Shown here: one piece after another, positions 12,331 to 23,848 of the stretch
How positions within the stretch are numbered: position 1 is the stretch's first letter
How the letters are laid out: each line of letters starts with the position of its first letter
Source of the DNA: Bugula neritina
Taxonomy: Eukaryota > Animalia > Bryozoa
Assembly: GCA_964035545.1 (NCBI GenBank)
Contig: OZ037769.1
Coordinates: 9,136,129-9,200,128 of the forward strand
Direction: 5' to 3'
Length of the DNA: 64,000 nucleotides
The notes under the pieces: model-generated
Told to the model about the DNA's origin: nothing
Database searches by the model: none
Seen by the model: only the letters and a program-made list of their open reading frames with translations
Made by a program: the position numbers and the translations under genes

Positions 12331-14532
12331 TCTACAAAAAAATGAAAAAAAAATTAGATCTTCATTTCAGGGCTTACGAGTCTACAGAAAATTTTCTGTG
12401 TAGATTAATTGATGAGGGTAACAATTTAAATATGTTAGATCGTGGCTCAACACTTAGTATGATAGCTGAGACTTTTGACATTGGTGTAGGTAGCCTTGAA
12501 TTAGGTTCCATTCTAATGCCAAAACTGTCTGGTAGGTGTAAAAACCCACAAACTATAGAAGAGTTGTTCTCCTTATGCTATAAGCACAGTGTGGACAGCC
12601 CAAGTAGGGAACTATCTAAATGCCATATCTGCGCCAAAAGTAGGTCCAGAGTGCAGATCGGCAGATGAAGAATTGGACATCCAGACCCATGACTCCAGTT
12701 TCTACACCCTAGAGCCTGCCAGATACACCCAGTACCACAGCCCAACAATGTAGATATCTGCAACCTTGGACGATACCACTGAGACAGAAGGTATGAATCC
12801 CAACTGTCCATCGGCACCGCCATGTTCAGCTACCAGAAAGAAAATCCCTACTACTAGTAACATCTCACCAGAAGAGGAGACAGCTGCAAGCCCTGATCAG
12901 GATGTAATGACTGTCACACCTAACCTTCACTCAAGCTTGAAAGCCTCTGATAAGGTATTGGATGTGCGCATTCATCCTCTGGCAGCAGCTACATATCTTT
13001 TTTCTATAAATGCTTTTCTTCATACTGCAACACCTGGTGTACACCACTACAAACATCTATTCTGTAACCATTTTTCTTTTGAAACTGGATAAAGACATCT
13101 ATTTAAATGGCAGAGTCAAGTGTCAAACCCAGGGGCACAGCGGTGTGTTAGTTCTTAGAAATTATCAAGTAGTTTTTCCCAAGTTAAGTAAGCCCAAGCT
13201 TGGCTTATGTACCAAACATTTCTATAGGTTGGCCAATAAGCGTTTGAGATGTTTTTCAAAAGCTATTGTCAGATTTGACCCTTTTCCCCTTGGAAGTCTG
13301 CACAACACCAATAACTTAGCCTAATTACACACCTTCAGTAACTAGTATCACCTAGATAATTATCATACTTTAATTGCTAGCCCACTGCTGCATAATTGCC
13401 CATTATTTAGCCCAACTTAAGAGTTTGTAAATCTCTATATGAGTTTCTTTATAGTTCAGCCTATCGGCTGTTGAACACTTACATGCCATCACTACTCAAT
13501 TCATATGCATGCACCAACAATTTCATAAAATTACAGGGCTCGTCCAGAATGACGTTAAACTTCAATAGGCTACACAGTATACTTCCAAATAATATATAGA
13601 CCACTTTAATGAACTAAAACCCATAGTCCAACAGGCCACACACAATAATTTCTATAAAGCACGCCTCAAAACACAAACTGCCTTAAAACACAAACCCCTC
13701 GAAATGCAAACAAATCTCAATCGAAAAACAATTCTCATGGTGTCACGTCTCGCATAATTTATAACGTCATAACGACACATCAGTAGAGCAACATACACGT
13801 ACACACGTTGAAACACAAATGAAAATGGTACAGCAACACGCCTCGCATATATAAAACTTTATAACCGTAGATTGGCAGCATGCATAAACATGTACGGAAA
13901 CATGACAAAATACAAATAAGATAGGCTACTTTAATGAACTAAAACTTACAGTTCAATGGGCTACTTACAATTATTTTCATAAACCGCCAGATAACATTAA
14001 CTGTCACAGAACATAATCCAACTCAATACATAAACCGCCTCAAAAAATAAACCTTCCTGAAAAACAAAAAACCCAAATGATGTCATAGCGGTATATTGGC
14101 AGCAAATGCGCCTCACATACATGTACAACTTTATATCGGTAAACAGTGTATTAGGATAGTTAGGACAGTTTTATTAGCCTCACATTATAGCTTACTGTAG
14201 TCAAACAAAGCCACTTGTGGATGTTTTCATAATAATATGAATGTAGAGTTGGCTGCTTGGGGTCAAAGGTCTCCCAATTAATTTGTTACGCACAGTTGCT
14301 TTTGTTACCAGCAGTGCTTATGCAGTCAGCTATATTAGTTAGTAGCAACGTTATAATTAGTCTAGTTCATTATATATATCTAATATTTACTATATCAACG
14401 CATATACGCATCTACTATATCAAACATATCACTATCAATATGAATTTGCTGTGTCTCTGGACAACTTGTTTCGGTGTAGAAAGTTAAAATCGACTTCAAA
14501 GCAATAAATTTCGGTATCAATACCTCCATATA

Positions 14533-14711
14533 AGTGGTGGTGGATGGTGGAACCAAGAGCTGTACCAGTTTACACTACGGACTCCAGCATCCAAGGACTG
14601 ATGGCAATGATGTACTGTAGAGAAGTTCCCATCAGTCAAGACTTCATACTAACCTCCAAGCGGTCACCACTGGTAACTGGGTGTAGATACACCCAGGCTA
14701 ATAGTATGAGG
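14533..14711 (+). ncRNA. HDV-like self-cleaving ribozyme at the 5' end of the RTE element
   Basis: P1 AGTGGTG(14533-39)/CACCACT(14665-71); P2 CTTCATACTA(14642-51)/TAGTATGAGG(14702-11); P3 ACC/GGT with L3 TCCAAGC; P1.1 CC/GG(14672-73); P4 CTGGGTGT/ACACCCAG; J4/2 GCTAA with catalytic-position C14698. Confidence 0.85.
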
Positions 14712-14928
14712 ATCTATGGGTTGATCACCCAGACAACAATCCATCCAGAAACGTGACACTCTGAGAGGGCGAATTTACTCGGCCAGTCACTGCGACTACT
14801 GAACTGCTGTGCTCGTCCTGGACACTCCTTGCCAGCACAGCGTACTTTTTTAGTGGAGAGGGGTGCTTAAGCAACTGACAAAACCCTAAGTATCCTTAAA
14901 CTTCTTGTCAGCATAATCCGATTGAATC

Positions 14929-17900
14929 ATGAAAAGAAAAATGAACACGAAATCATACTGGCAGGACGTCGCCCAGGATAAAAAGGTCCAAATTTCTAAA
15001 CTCAACCTTGCATCATGGAACATACGAACAATGCTAGACCGGGAGAACACAGAAAGACCTGAGAGAAGAAGTGCAATCATTTCATCTGAACTACAGAAGT
15101 ATGGCATCGACATTGCAGCACTGAGTGAAATCAGATTCAAAGATACCGGTAACATTCGTGAAGAGTCAGGCTACACCATTTATTGGAGTGGCAAAACTGC
15201 ATCTGAGCGCAGTGAGTCAGGCGTGGCTCTTGCTATCAGGAACGAACTTGTTTCGAGACTAATCGAAGAGCCAAAGGCTATAAGCGACAGACTGATGTCA
15301 CTCAGGGTTCCTCTGTCTGATGAGCGATGGTGCACTGTGATAGCTGTCTATGCTCCCACGATGACAAACAGCCAAGAAAACATCAACAGATTCTATGACC
15401 AACTGAATCAGGCTCTAAGATCAGTCCCAGCAGCTGATAAGATCTTACTCATGGGGGACTTCAATGCTAGGGTTGGACAAGATCACTCAACCTGGCCCGG
15501 TGTGATAGGCAAGTATGGCTGCGGAAACCTGAACTCCAATGGTGAACTTCTGATCTCAGTCTGTAGTGAACATCAACTGTGCATTACCAACACCTTCTTC
15601 AAGCATAAACCAGCTCACAAGTTTTCTTGGATGCACCCGAGAAGCAAGAACTGGCATCTCATCGACTTTGTTATCACACGACAACGTGATCTACCAGACA
15701 TTCTGGACACAAGGGCGATGAGAGGGGCGAATTGCAGTACTGACCACATCATGATCAGGTCAAAAGCTAAGCTCAGAGTGAGGAGAAAAATGAAGAAAGG
15801 GAGAACACCTTGCCAGAAGCTGGACGTTTCTCGACTTAAGAATGAGGAAGTAAGACAAGAACTGGAAAAGTCCCTTGCTGGGAAACTGAACTCTGCTCCA
15901 GAGGGCGTAGAGAATAAGTGGAGAGCATTCAAAGAGATAGTTTATGCAGAGTCAAAAGTGCACCTCGGCACTGTCAGCAGGAAGCATGAGGACTGGTTTG
16001 ACGAGAATAATGATGAGCTTCAAGAACTCATCCAGAAGAGAAACAAGGCCAGAGCAGACATGTTAACCAGGAATACTCGCTCGAACAAGTCAAAGCTTAG
16101 AATGGCTGGCAAAAAACTCACAGGAAGATGCAGGGAGCTCAAGAACGACTGGTGGTTGACAAAAGCTGCTGAACTGCAACGGTTTGCTGACACTAACGAC
16201 ATGAAAGACTTTTACCAAAGCACGAAAACTGTTAGGGGTCCAAGAGTGAGTCATCCTGACCAGCTCTTGGCCAGTGACAGCTCAACACTCCTGACAGAAA
16301 AACAAGACCTTCTAGCGAGATGGACAGAGCATTTCAGCAAGCTACTAAACGAGACTCCAGATATTGATGACAACATCATTGAGAACCTGAGACAAGCTCC
16401 CATTCAGGACTAGATGGACGATTGCCCAGATATTGAAGAGATCATCAAGGCAACTTCGATGCTAAGTGAAGGGAAATCACCTGGCTCTGATGGTATTCAC
16501 CCTGAGGTTATCAAAAGGGGAGGGCCCAAACTAATAAGTACTCTCCATGAGATAATAAAGGAGGCATGGAAAACTGCTGTAGTCCCTCAAGATTGGAAAG
16601 ATGCCCAACTTATAACCATCTTCAAAAAGGGTGATCGGAAGCTGTGCGGTAACTACAGAGGTATCTCCCTTCTCTCAATTCCCGGTAAAGTTTTTGCTCG
16701 CGTCCTTCTAAATAGAATGACATCATATGCAGAAAACTTCCTACCCGAAACTCAGTGTGGATTCCGTAGTGGAAGGGGAACAGCAGACATGATATTTGCA
16801 CTGAAGCAGATACAGGAAAAATGCATCGAGCAAAATATGCCCCTGTACATGGTCTTCATTGACTTCACCAAAGCGTTCGATACTGTTGATCGGGCGACCC
16901 TGTGGAAGATCTTACAGAAACTCGGTTTTCCCAGTCACTTCACCAATCTTATCAGCGCTCTCCATACTGGCATGAAGGCCTCAGTCAAGCTGAAGGAGGA
17001 GTTATCTGAGTCGTTCCAGGTCAACAATGGTGTGAAACAAGGATGTGTGTTGGCTCCAACGCTATTCTCTATTTTCTTATCGGCTGTTCTACAGCACGCA
17101 TTTAAAAACTGTGATAAAGGCGTCTGGATTCAAAGTAGACCTGGAGCTGATCTGTTCAATGTGAACCAATACAAGTCAACAACAAGAACACAGAAAGTAT
17201 TGGTTAGAGAACTCATGTTTGCTGACGACACTGCCTTCGTTGCACACAGCCATGGCGATGCACAGGAATTAGTCGACAGATTCGCCAGAGCTTCCAAAGC
17301 TTTTGGTCTGAAGATCAACATCAAGAAAACGGCACCTGGAGCCCATGACAGTGGTGACAGTATCTGCATAGATAATGAAGACCTTGCCAACGTCAATAAG
17401 TTTAAATATCTTGGGTCTACAGTGATGTGCAACAACAAGATGGATGAAGAGATTCATACAAGGGTGTCCAATGCTTCAATCTCATTCGGCAGACTAAAGA
17501 CCAAAGTGTGGTACAATAAGGATCTGTCATTCAAGACCAAGTGTACAGTGTACAGAGCCATTGTCCTGTCCTCTCTGCTCTATGGAGCGGAGGCCTGGCC
17601 TGTATACAGGATAGCCGCTCACAAATTCAACACCTATATGATGAGACATCTACGCCAGATCTTGAACGTGAAGTGGTGGGATTTCATCTCGAATGAGGAG
17701 ACTCTAGCACAGGCAAATCTACTCAGCATGTATGAACTACTCATTCAAAAAAACCTGAGATGGGCTGGTCATGTGCATCGAATGGATAACTCTAGATTAC
17801 CTAAACAAATTCTCTATTCACAACTGAAAGAAGGCACCCGTGGTGTTGGCAGGCCGCGACTGAGATTCAAAGATACCGTTAAACGCAATCTAAAAGACCT

Positions 17901-18000
17901 GAAGATCCCTATTGGTAGCTGGCAATCTCTCAGCAAAGACAGATGTAAATGGAGGACCATGATTCACCGGAAGTCATCTTCGGACACGAAGGACAGCTAA
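14929..18000 (+). pseudogene. RTE ORF (APE endonuclease plus reverse transcriptase) with a single in-frame TAG at 16411-16413
   Basis: ORFs 14929-16413 and 16414-18000 are contiguous and in frame; motifs SWNIRT, ALSE, VYAPT, GDFNA, TDH, GVKQG, FADD, YLGS. Confidence 0.9.
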
Positions 18001-18799
18001 TGAACCTCCATATACCAGCACAGACAAGCAAAATACATAAATATATATATCGAAACACAATAAAACTACAGGCTTTACAAAATCACAATAGGTTTTATGA
18101 ATGCTTATTAATTAAATAACTATTTCATTAAAATAATATTTAGGTGTAAAGGAAAATCCCTTATATAACATGATTAGAACTTAGAAGTACTATATGTCCA
18201 CCTGAGGTTTTAATTAATAGTCTTATTAAATAGTGTTAGCGGCATCAAAAGAAAAAGTTTAGTAAACTCAGCATAGTCGAGCACTGTCTAGCACGAGACA
18301 TGGGAGCGCTTGAGACAGTACGGGTGATAACAGACATACCCTCTCTCCCCCTGTGTGCTGCAGCCACGTGTAGCAGTTTCCAGTTCCCACTCAGCCTATC
18401 TACGTGTATTTTGCTAATAGTTAATACTGCAGCCTACAATTTTATCTCTATGGTTACAGGAATAATTGCTATATAGAATAAATCTTCTTAATCCTAGGTA
18501 ACTTTTTGTGAGGTAAAAGGGCTATTTATAATTAAGCCTGTAATTAGATTTATATTAATGCATTCAGAGAGGTCTCATGCATATCTATCTCCTTAAACCA
18601 AAATAATGGTAAATGATGTTTCCCAAAACTGCTGTAAAAAAATTTGTCTCAATCTCTGGTAACTTCTATCAGATAAAAAAATTATGAGCGTTTCATTTAG
18701 AAATAAGCTTGTAATTACATTAAAATTGATGCACTCAAAGGTGTCTCATAAAATCTCATTAAATCAGATTATTGGTAGATGGGGTAAACATTTTCAAAA

Positions 18800-20510
18800 G
18801 CTTCAATTTCACTGGTGGCAAATTTGAAGACAAAAATGCTTTTGAAAAATTTGACAATTTTGTTTCAAGGCATCTAATAAAACTATTAAAAGGCATCAAC
18901 TTTTGTCTTCTACACAAGGCTGGTTGATTATTGATCAATACATCAGAACTTTACACAAACTAGCTTGACAGTGTAGTAAGTTAGGTGTAATGTATGGTGA
19001 TTTTGTGTTACAAGCTCTACGACTTGGGATAAATGACAAAAGACTTAGAAGAATGTTGTTTGAAGAGTCGGAAGAACATAACCTAGAACAAGCAATAAAG
19101 AAGTTCAAACTTGCAGAACGTTCTAATGCAGATCTCAAAATGATAAAAACTGAAACAAAGGAGTCTATTCATGCATTGAAGTCCAACAGAAGCTCTCATC
19201 ATAGAACAAGCAAGGACAAACACACTGATATCCTTAATTCTCTCAAGCAAGCAAGATCCAATTCAAGATGTGGTAATTGGGGGACATCTCACCCACCTCG
19301 CAATTGCCTATCCTATGAAAAAACAACGCCATAATTGCCATAAATACAATTACTATAGCAGATATTGCCGATCGAAGCAGCAAGTTCATCATATAAAAGA
19401 CTCAGAAATTCAAGAAGAATCTGATGAGTCACTCATGTACATTCAGGTGATGAAGATAATTAAGAAACTTTGTCTAACATAGAAGCATCGTCTACCAAAA
19501 CGACTCGCATTACTTATTAACTTGACACTGGATACTGAGTTAGATAGTTATGCAAAGGCACAGTACCCATATTGTTTCCGCAGTGTTAGTAAGCTGAAAA
19601 ATGAACAGGTTAAGTTGCATATATAAATCCTGAATGCGAACCAGTTGCCCAACCAGTTAGACGGTTGCTATTTAGCTATCGCAGTAAAGTTGAGAAAGCT
19701 TTGAATCAGTTAGTTGATGAGGGTAGCCTATTATTGAGCCAGTGCAGGGTGTAGCATCTACGCGGATTAGTCCTTTAGTTGTAGTTCCTAAAGAAGGTGA
19801 TGCGGTTAGCCTTTCTGTTGACATGCACAAAGCCAATACTGCTATCATCAGAAAAAAATATTTAGTCCCTACCGTTTAAGAGATGCTAGTAGGGTTGAAT
19901 GGTGCTTAAGTATTTTCTAAGCTAGATTTACGTCAGGGTTCTTCTCAGTGTGAGCTGAAGTCAAGTTCTAGAGACATTACTACTTTTGTTAGCCATGTAG
20001 GTCTATTTCATATGAAGAGGCTTGGAATGGGAGTATCAGCTGCTCCTGAAGTATTCCAGTACACAATTCAGAAAATTCTCAATGGCCTTAGTTGGTGTGT
20101 ATCACTCTCTACTAGTTTACAGAGAGACACCACTGCGTGGTTGTCTATATAGTCCAGCAGAGATGCTTTTCAGCAAGAATTTGAGAACTGGACTCCCGAC
20201 GACTACAGCATTCCTGACTCCAAATACAGTGAATTCAACTGGTGCTCTCAAAGCAAGACAACAGACAGCTAAAGCATATTACGATCAGCGGACAAAGGAA
20301 CTATCCAACATACCCCTAGGCTCCAAAGTATTCATGAGAGCTGGTCCAGAAAAGATCTGGACACCTGGATGTGTGGTTGGACATCACGGTGCACCGAGGT
20401 CATACCTCGTTGATAACGGGTTTCGAATCCTAAGGAGAAATCAAGTCCATTTGAAGCCCAATAATACCATTGTTCGTCCTAGTCCCGAGCTGGACTTTTC
20501 TAACCCACCG
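18800..20510 (+). mobile_element. Mosaic of Gypsy gag, RT and integrase-tail fragments
   Basis: Gag LRLGINDKRLRRML and knuckle remnants; RT remnants VFSKLDLRQG, GVSAAPEVFQ; integrase tail YRETP..SPAEMLF, PRSYLV..RRN. Confidence 0.7.
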
Positions 20511-21720
20511 GATACTGAAGGACATGAATATACAAGAGGATCAGCAACTGTAGGACTAGGGTCGAGCTCTACAACCTTACGAGCAACAGAGACATGGCAC
20601 CTAACCACATTACCAATAGGACCAACGCAAGTCATATCTGTACTATAAACATCCACGACTCTGTATGACTCTGGGTGATACATAGTATCCAGCTTATTTT
20701 TAGTTTCACGTCTCAGCGGCACAGAATCACCTCGGCCTATAAGACTATCTTTAGAACCAACATCTGTTTGATCTTTCATCTTCTGCTTATACAAAGCATC
20801 ACTGTATCCTGCCTCCTCAGCAGTCTTAATAACCTCATTAGAGAGCATAGATAGTTTGGTTCGCATCTCACGACCGCGTATCATAGCATAAGGTGTCATA
20901 CATGTAGCCCCATGGGGTGTTGACTTGTGAGCAATAACAAATTCCAACAGAGCTTGCTCCAAGTTCCTACCCCCACAATTTGCAATCCTCAGCATCTTGA
21001 GAACAATTCTGTTAGTTGACCGTTAGCCTTGGGCCACAATGAAGTTGTAGATAGCCACTTGACACCATACTGCAAGATAACTCTGGAATTCACTGGAAAA
21101 AAACTGGGGACCATTATGTGACCTCAAAATCTCTGGGTAACCATACCGAGCAAAGACATGTTCAAGAAACGAGACAACCTTGCCTGTCTTAGTATTACTT
21201 AGAAAACCAGCCTTGAAGAGTCTACTGTAGTAATCTACGAAAATGATGATAAAACGACCAGCAGGAAGAGGACCAAGTAAATTAACACTACAGAACTTCC
21301 AAGGACTGCCTGGTAGCTTAGTGGAAGTGATAAGAGTAGGAGGAATACTAGAACCAACTAACTGACATGACAAGCACTGCCTACACAAGCTTCCGGCATA
21401 TCTGCTGATCCTGGGCCACCAAACCTTGAGGCTCAGTCTACTCTTGGTCTTTACGACACCTTGATATCCTTCATGAGCAAGAGATAAAACCCTGGACCTC
21501 AGACTCTGTGGAACAAATATTTGTTCACCTCTGAGAACTACACCGTTACAACTACTCATCTCATCTCTCAATGACCTAATCACAGCAGATACACTTATCC
21601 AATCACTTGACTGAATAGCTTTGTGTATAGCCGGAGTCTCCTCACAAGACTGAGTTGCATTCTGAATCACTGACCAGCTCATAGGACATGGGACAGCCAT
21701 GCTAGCAACTGTACATATTT
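20510..21720 (-). mobile_element. Gypsy integrase fragment on the minus strand
   Basis: AHEGYQG..KVWWP..C..C, VDYYSR, SHNGPQF, STPHGAT, GREMRTKL. Confidence 0.85.
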
Positions 21721-21741
21721 ACGAGTCATTGTCAAAGGTTC

Positions 21742-22395
21742 TGTAGTGTTTTGAATAAATTTACAGCATGCAATAGCGTTGTTTGTTATTGCTGCATAAA
21801 TCAGATGATGTTTGGCAACTGTATGATGTCATGTTCCGTGTATATATAAGATGAAGATTTACAAATAAATGGATAGTTTTTAGCCCTCAACCAAGTATAG
21901 TCTCTACAGCATAAATATAGTAACTGCAACTTGACACAACATAAAATTGGCGATGAGGATAATACAAAAGTGGCAGCTCAAGATTTTAGATTTTAGCTAC
22001 TGGATCTATACCAAAGATTAGTGGCAAGATAGAACATTATATGCAAAGGTTAGAAAGTTATTTTCTCATACACAAGACAGATGCTGATTTAAAGAAGCAT
22101 GTACTGATTATGGGACTTTCAGAAAGTCAATACGAGACTTTAACAGACTTGGTATCGCCAGAGATGCCACAGGACGTCAGCTATGACAAACTAGTGCAAC
22201 AGCTAAAGAGACACTATGGTACTGTGACAAATAAGATGGTTGAGAGGGCGAAGTTTAGAGAAGTCAAGAGATCACCGAACCAATCCGTGACAGACTTGGT
22301 GGCTAGACTGAGGGCACAAGCTAGATCATGTGAGTTTGGAAACGTGCTACAGAATAATTTGCTTGAACAATACAATACCACACGAATGACAATAT
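21742..22395 (+). mobile_element. Gypsy 5' end: 200-bp LTR (21742-21941), PBS 21948-21960, truncated gag
   Basis: TGTAGTGT...ACACAACA termini, TATA and AATAAA inside; PBS TGGCGATGAGGAT; gag RLESYF..ERAKFREVKR. Confidence 0.8.
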
Positions 22396-23848
22396 AACTC
22401 TGACAACTTATTTTCTATATGCATCACACCTCTTCTTCCCTCTAGGAAGGTTCAGTGTGGAGATAACATCGACAGGTATCAACAGGTATGGACAGGTATG
22501 ATAGGTAATAATGATAGTGCCTCAAACAGAGACAGGAGACTTCCGAGTTGCCAGATTTCTATGTGATTTCACAATATGAACCACCTAATAATAATATTAA
22601 TAATTCATACTTCTACGGCTACAGTGATTCTGATACTCATAGTCATACTACAACCATCACTCCACCACCATAGGCATGAGATTGGGTTAAAATTAAATTA
22701 AAATTGAGAGTGCATTCATCCGACTCTGTGTCTGTGACACATTTGACATTTGACTGCAGCTTTCATTTTTATACGTAATAGAAATGATAACATATCAATA
22801 AACATAGCAATAGTAAAGTAATAGTACAACAGCAATCATCATTAACGTTAGGTTAGTATTTATATTTTCAATCTAAAAACAACCAAGTAACTTTACAGTC
22901 GTCTTCTAGTTCAATAGTGGTGCAATTAGATTACGTCTGGAGTTGTCATCTCTTAAATAAATACTTTCTTCAACTGACAAAATAATAATATTTCACGGCC
23001 CTTCCCCATATAATAATATACAGTAGCTATTGCGTTTGTACATAGAAACCTCGTTTCCGATTTGTGAGAAAATTGAATATTGTGTTACCTATGGCTATTC
23101 AGTTTCACTGACAATCACAATACTGAATACAGTCTACACGTTCGCTTAGTTTGAGTTATGGTAACCGTAATGAGCGTATCACAACTTCAATCACAGAGAT
23201 AACCAAGCTGTATTTGAGAACACCAAATTTAATTATTTTGCTCCAACATAAACGTCATTCAGTATAATTATAAATATAAGACATTCTGATTCACATTTTC
23301 ATTTTGATTTTCATATTCAATAATTCATATTGAATTTGATATTGACATTCTGATTCAGTCATTCACATAGTGAATCATAGTCTGGTATCATAGTCTTAGT
23401 CATATTCATAGTGATTAACTCTAAGTGATCGTACAAATAAAAGTCAACTTTCAAAGTAGTCAACTATTGAATTGATATTGTAATTGTTATTAATGTTAAA
23501 TTTTAATTTAACGATTCTGATTATCAGTATGATTATGATAATATTTTAATTTATGACATTTTAAGTTATAGTAAATATTATTAATCATTAATGTTCACGT
23601 TGACACTTGCTTTAGTGTAACCCTAAAGTTGAAATGGGAAAACTTAGGGTCTAAGGCTAAAAGTAAAAATTAAGATATTGCCTATAACGTTAAATCTATA
23701 TTAGTATATATAACGCTGTTCGAATTCCGTCTACAATAACAATATCCTCATCCAGGAGGTAAAAAATCGCGATACTAGCTAACAGTAACTCAGGAACTTA
23801 CAGCTACACTAGCAATTTGGTAGCTAAGTCAATGCAATCTGAAACACA

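Larger units (their letters stand above)
14533..18003 (+). mobile_element. Full-length RTE-clade non-LTR retrotransposon with 11-bp TSD ACCTCCATATA
   Basis: TSD at 14522-14532 and 18004-18014; about 400-nt 5'UTR; single APE+RT ORF; ends TAA TGA with essentially no 3'UTR. Confidence 0.93.

Noticed and set aside
13083-13132. Penelope-type minimal hammerhead remnant (CTGGATAAAGAC...GTCAAAC)
   Set aside because: Core consensus is broken and no Penelope RT or GIY-YIG sequence is recognisable nearby.
12342-13324. Short ORFs between LINE fragments
   Set aside because: No recognisable domain or splice structure; probably decayed repeat sequence.
16411-16413. Programmed stop read-through in the RTE ORF (and at 61430 in the transposase)
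   Set aside because: Single substitutions explain both stops; these families normally have one continuous ORF and both copies show other small lesions.
23731-23803. Minus-strand intron (CT|GTAAGT ... TTGTAG) of a divergent transcript
   Set aside because: The same bases read equally well as a plus-strand acceptor (CTTACAG) in the NEDD1 leader; ambiguous without RNA data.
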